Shown piece by piece: positions 1 to 12,741 of a DNA stretch of 64,000 nt. The DNA is from Octopus sinensis. Lineage: Eukaryota. A model generated the notes under the pieces. It made no database searches and was not told where the DNA came from. It worked only from the letters and a program-made list of their open reading frames with translations. The translations under genes and the position numbers were made by a program. How positions within the stretch are numbered: the first letter of the stretch is position 1; the number at the start of each line of letters is the position of its first letter. The stretch is taken from assembly GCF_006345805.1 (NCBI RefSeq), contig NC_042997.1:52576001-52640000 (forward strand), written 5' to 3'.

Positions 1-39
1 CACAAGTATATGTATATGTATGCTTGCCTATCATGTATG

Positions 40-99
<60 letters not shown>

Positions 100-234
100 G
101 AAAATTTCAATAGTTTTAACTTCAACCTTTTGGGTTCAATTATTCGAGTAAAAATTGAAAGGAAGCGCGTAAGTGAGCAAAGGAGGAGAGAGACTAAGAG
201 TGAGAAAGAAAGAGAGAGGGAGAAAGATTGCGTA

Positions 235-288
<54 letters not shown>

Positions 289-628
289 TGGCAGGCAGGC
301 AAACTGACAGTTATAGAGGGGGCGTGCAATTCAGAAGTCAAAGGTAAGCAGCTGGGAAGTATTATGGAGTTATACGTGAAATTCTGACTGGGCGGAGTAT
401 TATTTATTTTTATCTTTATTTTTCTTTTTATACCAAAGACACTTGTTGGGTGTTACCAAAACACGGCTTTCCAAGATAAGATAAACTTGGTTGGTGTGTG
501 ACATATAAAACAAAAGAATAAACTACCAGAGGACCTCTGATGAGATGCCTCTCTTGTACACTTATTTAACTATTTGTAATTGTATTTGATCATACTGTTG
601 CAATATATCTGCTCGTATCTTACATGTA

Positions 629-888
629 CAATAATGCCTCAATATACGAGTTAATTCGTTCCAAGAGATCGCTCGTAGAGCGAAAGCTCGTTAAGCAGAA
701 CAATAATTTTCCATAGTAGCAATGAAATTTTATGCTATCATTTTACTCTGTCGCCGTGTAAGACGTGTCAGAAGCAGTGTTGCTACATGTTGCGACGTTG
801 CCACACTAAAAATGACTGTTTAACCTTTTTGTATTTATTATAAATTAAAACTCGTAAACCCGGGGTATCGTAAAGTGAGGTAATACTG
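629..888. mobile_element. pogo/Tigger-like MITE
   Basis: Imperfect TIRs: CAATAATGCCTCAATATACGA at 629 vs reverse complement of right end CAGTATTACCTCACTTTACGA. TA on both sides (627-628, 889-890). No coding capacity. Confidence 0.7.
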
Positions 889-1308
889 TATCACAAATCT
901 AACGTGTAACTATTAATTTCTTTAATTCTATCACAGATTTCTTAATGATATATAAAAAAAGAAACGGGACAAATTCTTTTACTAGTTCCAGTCACTGAAC
1001 TGTTGGCATGCTTATCTGGTACCAATTCTAGCGGTCTTTTTCGCCGAATTGCTAAGATTCGGCAAGAGCGTAAACAAACCAATATCGGATGTCAACCGGG
1101 GAGAAATAAAAAAAAGAACGCAAGCACACACTCACACACACGCACGCACAAACAAACACACACGCGCACGCACACGCACACATGTATATACGATGGGCAT
1201 CCACACAGTTTCTGTTAACCATATTCAACTACAAGACTTTTGATGACATTTGCATAAATTGCTATACGATGGGACTGAACCCGAAACCACACTCTCTGCG
1301 CCCCACTT

Positions 1309-1362
<54 letters not shown>

Positions 1363-1410
1363 ACACACGCGCGGGCAGACACATACATGTGTGTGTGTGT
1401 GTGTGTGCAT

Positions 1411-1591
1411 AGGCACGGCTCTGGATGTGTGGTAAGAAGCTTTCTTCCCAACCCCATGGTTCCAGGTTCAGTCCCACAGCGTGACACCTTTAGCAAGTGT
1501 CTTTTACTATGGCCTCGGACTGACCAAAGCCTTGTGAGTGGGTTTGATAGATGGAAGCTGATAAAGCCCGTCATATATACGCAAATATATA

Positions 1592-1675
<84 letters not shown>

Positions 1676-1943
1676 TAGATAGATAGGTAGGTAAATAGAT
1701 AGATAGATAGATACATACATATATATGTGTGTGTGTGTTTGTCCCCCACTACCACTTGACAGCTGATGCTGGCATATTTATATCCTCGTAACTTAGCGGT
1801 GTAGCAAAAGAGACCGATAGAATAAGTACCAGGCTTCTAAAAAGCAAGTACTGGGGTCGTCGATACATTCGACTGAAAATTCTTCAAAGCGGTGCTCCAG
1901 TATGGCCACAGTCTATTGACTGAAACAGGTAAAGGATGAAAGA
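1411..1943 (+). mobile_element. tRNA-derived SINE family A (CORE-SINE-like), internal (TA)n tract
   Basis: tRNA-like head with B-box GGTTCAGTCCC, then ACCTTTAGCAAGTGTCTT resembling the MIR/CORE domain, a central microsatellite and the family 3' end (GCGGTGCTCCAGYATGGCC..TGACTGAAACA). Many homologous copies in the window. Confidence 0.85.
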
Positions 1944-1959
1944 CACACACACAAACACA

Positions 1960-1997
<38 letters not shown>

Positions 1998-2499
1998 GCC
2001 ACCCTAATTTTATTAAAACATCAAGTAAACCAATAATTGTCTGAGAGACAAAATTTATTAATAAAAAAGTTTACTAATTTGAAAATGGTGAATACCATTT
2101 TCTTAAATGAAATATCTTTCAATTAAATTTTATTAAAAGAACACCGTATGCTGCAGACCCCAGGGCTTTAGGAAATAGTAGGGGTGACATAATACCGATA
2201 TTTGTAAAGATGAAGTATATCTCTGGTCAGTAAGTCTTCTGTTGAGGTTGTCCCTCTTGTTTAGTCCTGGTCATCTCTAACCGAGTACCTCTGGTCAAAG
2301 ACGCTCCAATTGCAATATCTTATCTTTTTATCTACAGAATTACATCGTCCGATGTATTCTTCACTTTATTTCAAAGACAGTAGCGTACGATTTGATATGA
2401 TTTGGCAACTATTTCTTGCAGGTCGAGCAAACATGTTGAGGAAGACTCGTTGATTTGCATGTTTTCCCATTGAATTATAAACATAGAATTTATAAAGAC

Positions 2500-2915
2500 A
2501 AAATGAAATATTTCTTTCTTTATTGCCCACAAGTGGCTAAACATAGAGGGAACAAACAAGGACAAAGGGATTAAGTCGATTACATCGACCCCAGTGCGTA
2601 ATTTAATCGACACTGAAAGGATGAAAGGCAAAGTCGACCTCGGTGGAATTTGAACTCAGAACGTAACGGCAGACGAAATACCTATTCCTTTACTGTCCAC
2701 AAGGGGCTACACACAGAGGGGACAAACAAGGACAGACAAAGAGATTAAGTCGATTACATCGACCCCAGTGCATAACTGGTACTTATTTAATCGACCCCGA
2801 AAGGATGAAAGGCAAAGTCGACCTCGGCGGAATTTGAACTCAGAACGTAACGGCAGACGAAATACTGCTAAGCATTTCACCCGGCGTACTAACGTTTCTG
2901 CTAGCTCGCCTCCCT
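2500..2915 (-). mobile_element. tRNA-derived SINE family B, head plus two tandem body units
   Basis: On the minus strand: head (GGCGAGCTAGCAGAAACGTTAG), then two copies of GTCTGCCGTTACGTTCTGAGTTCAAATTCC..GAGGTCGACTTTGCCTTTCATCC..GGGGTCGAT. Confidence 0.85.
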
Positions 2916-3504
2916 GACAACATGAAATATTGTATGCCATTAGATCTTACAATTGTACACCATGTCTGTTTTACCAAATCTCACTCGATTAGCAAGTAAT
3001 TAAACATAATCTTTTTTACATTTATTTTATTGGACCTAAAGTTTCAAGTGAGAGTCTCGAGAGTTGATATGAAGTCAAATGCACTAACTTCGTTTCTACA
3101 TAATGGTACGCAGTTAATACCATTCAGTTTTGCTAACAAATCAATAATTATTGATCTTTCCCTTTCTCTTGTTTGCTTGACAATTTATCAAGAGTTATCA
3201 GGCTTTCACTTTGATAGACGCATGGATGAAAGCAGATTCGTCGGTCTTGTGATTGTTTAGTCACGTTAGTACTGACGCATTGGTTAATGCAGTCATAAAT
3301 AGACATTGTTTGAAATAAAAGCTGGAATGGTCATGACTGGAATACTTTTGATCATAAGTCTACTTGATGAGAAGTTACATCAGTAGCAACAATAACAACA
3401 ACAACAAAATACTAAGCAACGTTACAAACCATATAGAACAATGACTAGAACTACAATTAATAGAACAATGACTAGAACTACAATTAATATACATCGCTCT
3501 AAGG

Positions 3505-4425
3505 CAGGGGTGGGGAAAACTCCGCCTGCGGGCGCAATTGCGCTCGTAAGCCCATTCTATTTCGCCCGCAGGCTGATATACTCGTATATACAAAATATAC
3601 TCTTTTATTCTTTTACTTGTTTCAGTCATTTACTGCGGCCATGCTGGAGCACCGCCTTTAGTCGAGCAAATCGACCCCAGGACTTATTCTTTGTAAGCCT
3701 AGTACTTATTCTATCGGTCTCTTTTGCCGAACCGCTAAGTTAAGGGGACGTAAACACACCAGCATCGGTTGTCAAGCGATCTTGGTGGGGGGACAAGCAC
3801 ATGCACATATATATGCATATATACGACGGGCTTCTTTCAGTTTCCGTCTACAAAATCCACTCACAAGGCTTTGGTCAGCCCGAGGCTATAGTAGAAGACA
3901 CTTGCCCAAGGTGCCACGCAGTGGGACTGAACCCGGAACCATGTGGTTGGTAAGCAAGCTACTTACCACACAGCCACTCTTATAGCAAATTTTTCAATTA
4001 TAAAATTTATGCAATATTCGTATGCCTATATGCGACATAGGTTACGTTTCACTACGACTTAAAACGGGTAGGCTCGAACAAAAAATCGTCCGGTAACTGC
4101 CATTTGAATGGAAATTTTGTTTTCACTATAAAACATATATTGTTAGGTTTATATCACACCCTTGAGACCCAACTACGCTCTAGCTGAAAAATATAGTATA
4201 CCTCATAAGTAATATATATGTCTTAAATTCAGTGGTAGCGTTAATAAAGATGTTACGCGTTAATTTAATGTGTTAAACTTATCTTTATTAATGTATGTTA
4301 AATTATATATAGATATATAAAAGATCTACACATATATAAGAGTTAGAACTTGCGATTCGACCGCGGACCTTTTTTTATATTTTGGAAATTTTTGCCCGCC
4401 GCACTAAGAGGTTTCCCCACCCCTG
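3505..4425. mobile_element. Non-autonomous hAT (Charlie-like) element with nested SINE
   Basis: TIRs CAGGGGTGGGGAAAACTC / CAGGGGTGGGGAAACCTC (17/18). Perfect 8-bp TSD CTCTAAGG at 3497-3504 and 4426-4433. Confidence 0.9.
3598..3980 (-). mobile_element. SINE family A nested in the hAT element
   Basis: Near full-length reverse-complement match to the copy at 35791-36227. Confidence 0.9.
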
Positions 4426-4436
4426 CTCTAAGGCGT

Positions 4437-4600
4437 CGTGTTGGCAGAATCGTTAAGCACACTGGGCAAAATGCTTAGCGTTATCTCGTCCGTTTTTACG
4501 TTGTGTTGAAATTTCGCCGAGGTCGACTTTGCTTTTCATCTCTTCGGGTCGATAAAATAAGTACTAGTTGAATACTAGGATCGATGTTACGCCTCCCCTA
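4437..4600 (+). mobile_element. SINE family B monomer, diverged
   Basis: TGGCAGAATCGTTAAGCAC..GAAATGCTTAGCG..GCCGAGGTCGACTTTGC..GGGTCGATAAAATAAGTAC. Confidence 0.75.
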
Positions 4601-5501
4601 AAATTGCTGACCCTGTATCAAAATTTGAAACCAATATAGATCATTCTAATTAGTAGAGTATTAAATATCCTTGTCATTACAGTGTTGCTATAACATCGCA
4701 TTATATCTTGCACAGATGAAAACTGTAAGAGGGTTAGCAGATAGATAACATTGTACCGTGCATATGTTTCGTTAAAATACGCAGAGTTAATAAAAAGAAT
4801 AAAAGAACTCGACAAATACTAAAACACCAACATAAAAGCAAAAAGATTAAAGAAGTCATTACTTTGTTTTCAGTCTTAGAAAAAAGTAAAGTGTGTGTGT
4901 GTGTATGTGACAGAGAGAGAGAGGAGTGACAACAAAGACGATGCAAAGCAATAGACGCACACATAACCTTTAAAATCAGTTAATCAAATAAATGTGATAT
5001 CAAGTAATAGAAGGTATGAACAAGTCAGATATTCATTCAAATCAATGTCAGTAAAACAAAATAAAAGATGAACAGCCGGTTATTAATGGCATCAAAGCAT
5101 TTATATATTAGTTATACAGATGTAAGTATAAAGATAACTAAACAAAAAGAAACAGGAAAAGTCCACAGTAGTTCTTCGTAGACAGATGGATATTTGAAAA
5201 GTTTGTGTAATTCATATAATGAATTTCAAAAGTAAAACTAGACAAGTATTGAAGATGTTAAACGTGGACGTTCTGGACTACTGTTGTATAGTTTTGAAAT
5301 CAAAAGAAAAAACAGCATAACGGAAAACATTAAAAAATGTTTTACATTTATCTTTTAAATAATGTTCTAAAGAAAACTACCTCTGTATACCTTTAAATAC
5401 GCATAAATTGTTATACACACATATACAAACACACAGAAACTCACGCACAGAAACCAAAAAACGCGCGCGCAGACACACACACACAACACACACACACACA
5501 C

Positions 5502-5540
<39 letters not shown>

Positions 5541-5796
5541 GCACGCACACACGCACTCGCACATGCACACACTCGAACACGCACGCACACAATTTATATC
5601 AGTCAGCCGGAACCATATAAATCCGTGTGATCAAACTACAAGTTTGATCACACGAAAGATATGTCTGAATCCTAAATCGGCCATTTTAATCAGCCCCCCC
5701 TCTCTCCTCTCACTCTCTGTGTGCGCGCGCTTCTGTGTGTATGCATGCTTGTCTACGACACATGCTGGTAACCACTAATATATATATATGTGTGTG

Positions 5797-5828
<32 letters not shown>

Positions 5829-6501
5829 TTATATATATATATATATAATATATATATATATACACATATGTACATACACACACACATATATATATATACA
5901 TATACATATATATATATTTGCTGGCTAGCTGATGATTGCCCTACTTATACAATCATGTAAGACCGTCTAACGTACATTCAAGCGCACATGCAAACGCACG
6001 CACACATATAACATAAACACGAGTAAACTGATAGGTAAATGGGTACATTTTAATTTACACGTGTATATAATTAAATATTTGTATGTGTATATTCATATAC
6101 ATACACACACGCACACACACACATACACACACATGAAATTCGATGAAATATTTTAGTATGTTTTTATATGTAAGTGTATGTGTTTTTACACGTGTAACGT
6201 AAATGTAAACATATGTGTATCTATGTATTTAAGTCTAAGCACTTCGTTTCGTGGTTGAATCAGCTTCATCTGACAGAACACCAACCATAAAATCACACAG
6301 ATATCTTGGAATAAGAGTGAAAGGAATAAACACGAAGAAAGACTCTCTCCTTTCTCAGAGCGTCAAGATAATACATTTTTGTGCACGTCCGCACGTTCGT
6401 TTTTTTTACGTTCTTTTATTCGTTTATTTGAATTGACTATATATAGCTACCACACAACACAGCACACACACAGTTACCACCACACGCACACACACACACT
6501 A

Positions 6502-6718
<217 letters not shown>

Positions 6719-6720
6719 TT

Positions 6721-7939
6721 GCGTTTTTTACCATTTTTTACCCCTCTGCGAAAAGATCTCAGAATTTTAATTGATTTGCTTTTCGCAGGAAGGAAGTTTC
6801 TTCGAAGATACGTCTCGCTTTTATCCTTCGAAACGTAGAGTAGATGAAACCTTAGCGACTGAAGAAGGGGTTTTTTCGTTGTGCTCATTGTCCTGTACTT
6901 CCTTTTTTTCCTTTTTTTCCTTTTTTTCTTGTCCTGTTCCTTGGTTTGTGTCTTGTTTTTCGTCTCTCTATGTGTTCGACGTCTTTTTGGTGTCCTGTAC
7001 ACATATATGCGTGTATATGTACATGTAGAGGTAGGTACGTACATATATGTTTATATATATGCATATGTTCTTTTATTAACATATTATACGACTAAACGCA
7101 CGCACCCTCTAAAGTAAGATTGTTCTGTTTATCAAGTTAGCCTTGATATTAACTCTCACGCGACTCTGCATCTTTCTTTCTTTCTATTCCATTCCCTTTT
7201 TCGTCTTTTTTCCCTCACTTAACTTGTCTCTTCCTCTCTCTCTCATTCTTCATTCTCTCTCTCCCCCTCACCATTCTTCATGGTCTCCTCGCACCATTCC
7301 CCTTCTTCTCTCCCTTCCTCTTGCTCCTCCTCCCCCATTCCCGTCGTCCATCTGCGACGATACTTCCGTCGTAACTGCTATCCTGTCTTTTCTCGCCCGC
7401 CTTCTAAGGCTACTGGTCGACATTCCTGCTCTCTCGTCGTCCACTATAATCCAGCGTTTGCAATACTTTTTTCGTCTGGCGTAAACAGCCCTTCTTATCA
7501 TGTTCTCCTTGTCCTGTCTCTTACTGTTATATATTTATTTTTCCACTGTTTATATATATTTTTTTACTGTTTATATGTTTGTACTGTCGTTACCGTCTTG
7601 CGTTTTTTACCATTTTTTACCCCTCTGCGAAAAGATCTCAGAATTTTAATTGATTTGCTTTTCGCAGGAAGGAAGTTTCTTCGAAGATACGTCTCGCTTT
7701 TATCCTTCGAAACGTAGAGTAGATGAAACCTTAGCGACTGAAGAAGGGGTTTTTTCGTTGTGCTCATTGTCCTGTACTTCCTTTTTTTTCTTGTCCTGTT
7801 CCTTGGTTTGTGTCTTGTTTTTCGTCTCTCTATGTGTTCGACGTCTTTTTGGTGTCCTGTACACATATATGCGTGTATATGTACATGTAGAGGTAGGTAC
7901 GTACATATATGTTTATATATATGCATATGTTCTTTTATT

Positions 7940-7944
<5 letters not shown>
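6721..7944 (+). mobile_element. Non-coding element with partial-tandem (pseudo-LTR-like) structure, probably Penelope-related
   Basis: Near-identical direct repeats 6721-7083 and 7600-7944 around a pyrimidine-rich spacer. Both end TTATTAACATAT, and the whole element lies between (TA)n tracts. Confidence 0.55.
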
Positions 7945-7990
<46 letters not shown>

Positions 7991-7993
<3 letters not shown>

Positions 7994-8186
7994 GTTAATC
8001 CAAACAAGAAAGCACAAAAAAACACGACAATGCGAGGACTTGGAACAAATATAGTATTATTGGCCGCCCAGGAAAGAAGGAGGGTTTAACGTTTCGAGCG
8101 GAGCTTTTCGTCGGAAACATAGGAGAAGGAAAGATCCAGAGAAGGGAAGACAGAAGAAAAAAATCGCCAACGGTACACACGAGGTC
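7991..8186 (-). mobile_element. Penelope-type 3'-end fragment
   Basis: Homologous to 49974-50158 and to the 3' end of the Penelope-like element at 52372-52560. Ends GGATTAACTTC+(TA)n. Confidence 0.75.
8084..8118 (-). ncRNA. Minimal type-I hammerhead-like motif (CCGACGA core)
   Basis: GTTT CCGACGA A AAGC tcc GCTC GAAAC GTT AAAC: stem I GTTT/AAAC, stem II with one mismatch, palindromic AACGTT at stem III. Confidence 0.6.
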
Positions 8187-8189
8187 ATG

Positions 8190-8205
8190 CACACACGTAC
8201 AGACG

Positions 8206-8241
<36 letters not shown>

Positions 8242-9112
8242 CACCCAGAGAGACAGTGACAGAGAGAGGGAGAGAGAGGCACACACACGCACCCATACAC
8301 ACGTGCACACACACACACACACATATATATATACACATTGCTACTCCATCTACGTACACATGTCAACATACACACACACGCGCACACAAACACAGTCGCA
8401 CCACCCATTCACACACCCGTCACTATAGCTGCTGACCTCTCAGAGCGACATTAACACACACGCACATTGATCCTACCACACGCACACATATCCTACCACA
8501 TCCACACAGATCCTACCGTACACACACACACACACACAGACAACTAACACAAACATACACGCTACCACACAACACACTACATACACAGTTATCACCACAC
8601 GCACACACAAACACACACGCAGTTACAGCCACACATACACACGCTACCATACATATACACGCCCCCACACACACAGTCACCACCGCACACACACGCACTT
8701 ACTGCCACAGACACAAACACGCTAGCATACATACGCTACCACACACACACGCTACCACACACACACACGCTACCACACACACGCTACCGCACACTCGCTA
8801 CTGCACGCACACACACATACCTACCTACCATCTTCACATTCTCCTGTACCAGAAAGCACTTTCTCTTCTTTCCTTCTACTTCCGGTCACTTCAGAAATGT
8901 GACCGAACGTGGACTGTTGGCGATTTTTTCCCCTACTTCTTCCTTCTTTCTCTTTGGACTTCCCTGATTTTCCTGTTTCCGTAGAAGAGCTACGCGCGAA
9001 ACGTAAAACAACTACTCTCTTCTTTCTCTGAGCATCATATTAATACATTGCTTGTGCTACGTCCTCACGTTTGTTTTTTCATCTTTTTCTGTTTTTTTTT
9101 ACATGACTATAT
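8190..9112 (+). mobile_element. Penelope-type 3' region: degenerate CA-rich tract plus terminal segment (different subfamily)
   Basis: CA-rich cryptic repeat (CACACACGCTAC-like) followed by GTTGGCGATTTTTTC, shared with the other tail fragments, and a hammerhead-like motif at 8975-9009. Confidence 0.55.
8975..9009 (+). ncRNA. Hammerhead-like motif, degenerate core
   Basis: GTTT CCGTAGA A GAGC tac GCGC GAAAC GTA AAAC. Confidence 0.5.
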
Positions 9113-9180
9113 TTCATTATTATTATTTTATTATATATATGTATATGTGTGTGCATGCATGTATGAATATATATATATAG

Positions 9181-9212
<32 letters not shown>

Positions 9213-9217
9213 TATAT

Positions 9218-9278
<61 letters not shown>

Positions 9279-9584
9279 CGAGGTATTGGTATCTAGAAGA
9301 TCCAAAGAGTGGAAGGTAACGCTAAGTAAGTGCCATGGACAGACAGTAGTTAAACTCTTGGTTCGATAGTGATACGAGTGAGGAGTCTAATGTGGGTGTC
9401 GTACTAGCATGCATATATATATTATACAAAATGAGATAACAAAGCCAAGGCTGTGAGGAGTTTTCAGGACATTTATAAAGAAAAAGATATAGATATAGTC
9501 TTACAGCTGTTTCTTGGATACCATGGATATCCCTTCATCAGAAACGATGTGAGATGGTTAAATAGAGGTAAATATTTGACTTCG

Positions 9585-9850
9585 AAGTGCACACTCACAT
9601 ACAAAATGTGTCGTTGTCGTGGTATAAAATGTCCTTCACTACGTAGTTCATAACAAACGCGTAAACACATACACTCAGAGACACGTATACACTCATATGC
9701 AAAATGTGTCATGGTGGTAGTGGTAGTATAAAATGTTCCTTTACTATCTCGTCCGTAACGAACGCGCAAACTCACACGAACTGACAAACACATACTCACT
9801 CATATACAAAATGTGCCGTGATGGTAATGGTATAAAATGTCCTTTACTAT
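9585..9850. repeat. Three diverged copies of a roughly 105-125 bp unit
   Basis: Recurring CACTCA(CA)TAT(A/G)CAAAATGTG..GGTATAAAATGT(T)CCTT(T/C)ACTA. Confidence 0.75.
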
Positions 9851-10099
9851 CATTGCTATTATTATTTCAAATTTCGCAGGCTTCTAAAGGAGTTTGCGAA
9901 ACTTTAAGTCACATAGAGCCGACTCAAACTGTTTTAATAGCAATATACGTGACTTCTACTAAATGTGCTGGGTGCTTTTTCTTTCGTTTGTCCACTCACT
10001 CGTACATACATACACACATACATATAAATGTGTATGGTTGTGTGTGTATAAAACTTACTGTTAATAAAAGCTAGGGTTCGTTGCGTTCCGTTACTTAGT

Positions 10100-10949
10100 A
10101 AATGAAGAAATGTATTGTAAATAAACAACAACAGGGTAAAATACGTACAACGTATACTGAGTGTACTACCGGACGAGAGACAAGCACAGAAGGTCCCTAA
10201 CTCTTCATCATTTATCAACCAGATAGTATTACTCAGTTTTGCATCTTCAATGATAAAATTGAGAACTTCCCATGTTGATGGTGCCCGCGAAAGTTGCGGA
10301 GAATATAGTGAAACAATATAGAGTGGACATACGAAAGTGAATAAATGTAATTTAAGACGATGGACAAAGACGAAACAAATAAGAAACAAGAAAAATATAG
10401 CCTTAGGGCCAAAATGACAAGAAAGGTAGGTAACGTTTAGAAGGCATCCTAAAGGATTAGAAGACAGCAAATAGCAAGACAGTGGGACACAAAGAATTCA
10501 GGACCAGTCAACCACGCAACCGGTGTGAAAAAGGGAGAGAAAGAAGGACTGGTCACGGGTCACGTGTCAGCAGCAGGCAGAGGAAAGAAAGGACAGAGAG
10601 AGAGAGAGAGAGGGGGGAGAGACAGAGAGAAAATAAGGGAAGGGATGAAGGGGGAAAGGAGAAAGGAGAAAGGCTAGAAATAGAAGTAAGAGGGCGCACT
10701 TTCGTATGTCCACTCTGTATTGTTTTGTTTGCTCTCGGCCCTATATTCTCCGCAACTTTCGCGGGTACCAATAGCATGTGAAGTTCTCAGTTTTATCATT
10801 GAAGGTGCGAAACTGAGTAATACCATCTGGTTGATAACTGATGAAGAATTAGGGGCCCTCTGTGTCTGTCTCTCATCCGGATATACACTCACTAGACGTT
10901 GTACGTATTTTATCCTGTCGTTGTTTATTTACAATACATTTTTTTATTT
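10100..10949. repeat. Inverted repeat, arms 10100-10339 and 10697-10949, purine-rich spacer
   Basis: Arm 2 (CACTTTCGTATGTCCACTC..TATTCTCCGCAACTTTCGCGGG..GTTGTTTATTTACAATACATTT) is the diverged reverse complement of arm 1, with one short indel. Confidence 0.9.
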
Positions 10950-11290
10950 GTAAATTCCTCCGGCGACTAATTCCGTGTTCGCTTCACTGGTCGATAATAT
11001 TGTCTGGAGTACATAATCATATAATGATATAGATATGGGGACTTGTTCATCCTTAAAATTTATTTCCTCTTATTTTAGAGTTTTATTGGACATATTCCTA
11101 TGGGCTTTGTTTTTTCCACTGCACTGATAAAGGGCAGTTGCAGATGCATCCTGGCACGATTTTTGGTGCAGTTCCTTCAGGGTCCATCCATTTGGCTAGT
11201 TTCGCCTCGAGAGTGTGTGTATGTATGTATATATAGACATACATACATACATACATACATATATACATATGTATGTCTATATCTGTCTAT

Positions 11291-11384
<94 letters not shown>

Positions 11385-11692
11385 CTATATATGTAATTCT
11401 ATTGACTAGCTTTCTACATTTCGAATATAAGCGTGCCCGAAATATTTCAGAAATAGTACATTTTATCTTAATTTTCTTTGCATATTTATTTTCATACTTA
11501 CCTTCAGCAGTGTAGTACAATTTTTGTGATATTTGGACCTCTATTTATTAAAGAAAACGGTTAGACAATTTTTGTTTGATATTTCTTGACGAAAAAGAAA
11601 CATGACTTCCGTGACGTCAACACATACAAAATACACACACATATAATGAATGACATGGCGCGTCAATGAACACAAACGCATGTCCACTATCT

Positions 11693-11812
11693 AACTTTTC
11701 CAATGAATTATATCGATAAGAGAAAACTAAGAATCTGAAGTTAAACATCTCTTCTACCCATTCGTATCAGACAGTTAAGATTATTTTCTAATTAACACAT
11801 ACCAAGTGTTTC
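11693..11812 (+). repeat. 120-bp segment, inverted partner of 15613-15732
   Basis: Manual alignment gives 118/120 identity to the reverse complement of 15613-15732. Confidence 0.9.
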
Positions 11813-12561
11813 GTCTTCGCAGTCTCTAAGAAAAAACAAAAAAATCGACTTTTTGACGTACACATTTTAATCGTTTGCAAATATTTTTAGCTGAATATGA
11901 TTTCAAAAATCTAAGTTGTTTGTACAGTATCTATATTTTATCTTTATTTAAACAGACATTTTTATGTTTTTTAAAAATTATTTTCAAGTGAATGGCGATC
12001 TTTCGCTTTAACTTTCGGAACTGTCATCCAGTGTTCGTTAATTTCCGTTACATTTTTTATTTATTTACTTTTGAAAGAGAGGAGAAAGTGAAAGTTGTAT
12101 GTACGTGTATATGAAATGGACGTGTGTCTGAAAGAGAGAGAGAGAGAGAGAGAGAAGAAGAGAGAGAAGGAAAGAGAGAGCGAGAGAGCAAAAGAGAGTA
12201 AGTGAATGGGTGTTTTGTCATGTATACGTACATACATCAATACATATGCGTACATCTTTTTTTGTATGTACATTGTTTAAAACAAAAGTAAATGAATACA
12301 ACAGCTATTTGCGATAAAGGACCCGAAATACCTGTTATGTGGTAGCAGGGCGTGCAAGAAATGGCAGCCAAATCTTTCTTTTCCTGAGGAAAGGAGATGT
12401 TTGTGCTTGATTTCAATCTCACATTCGTTGAAAGCAAGCGAAATAATGTGAAAATAAAAAAGAAAACCATGAAACAAAACTCAGTTGCTGGGAAACTCAG
12501 ACTTTCCAGATGACCCAACGGGTCACGATTAGTGTAGTCAATCTATCTATCTATCTATCTA

Positions 12562-12611
<50 letters not shown>

Positions 12612-12657
12612 ATATCTATCTATCTATATCTATCTATCTACCTATCTATCTATCTAC

Positions 12658-12741
<84 letters not shown>

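Noticed and set aside
10-387. 125-aa ORF
   Set aside because: Built from (CT)n, (CA)n and (GA)n repeats.
537-570. CTGATGA hammerhead core
   Set aside because: No downstream GAAA or stem II/III.
6800-6885. Permuted (type II) hammerhead from GAAACGTA and CTGAAGA
   Set aside because: Stem I does not pair, and stem II would rely on two G-U pairs.
10808-10870. GAAAC..CTGATGA in the inverted-repeat arm
   Set aside because: Required stems do not form, and the partner arm lacks both motifs.
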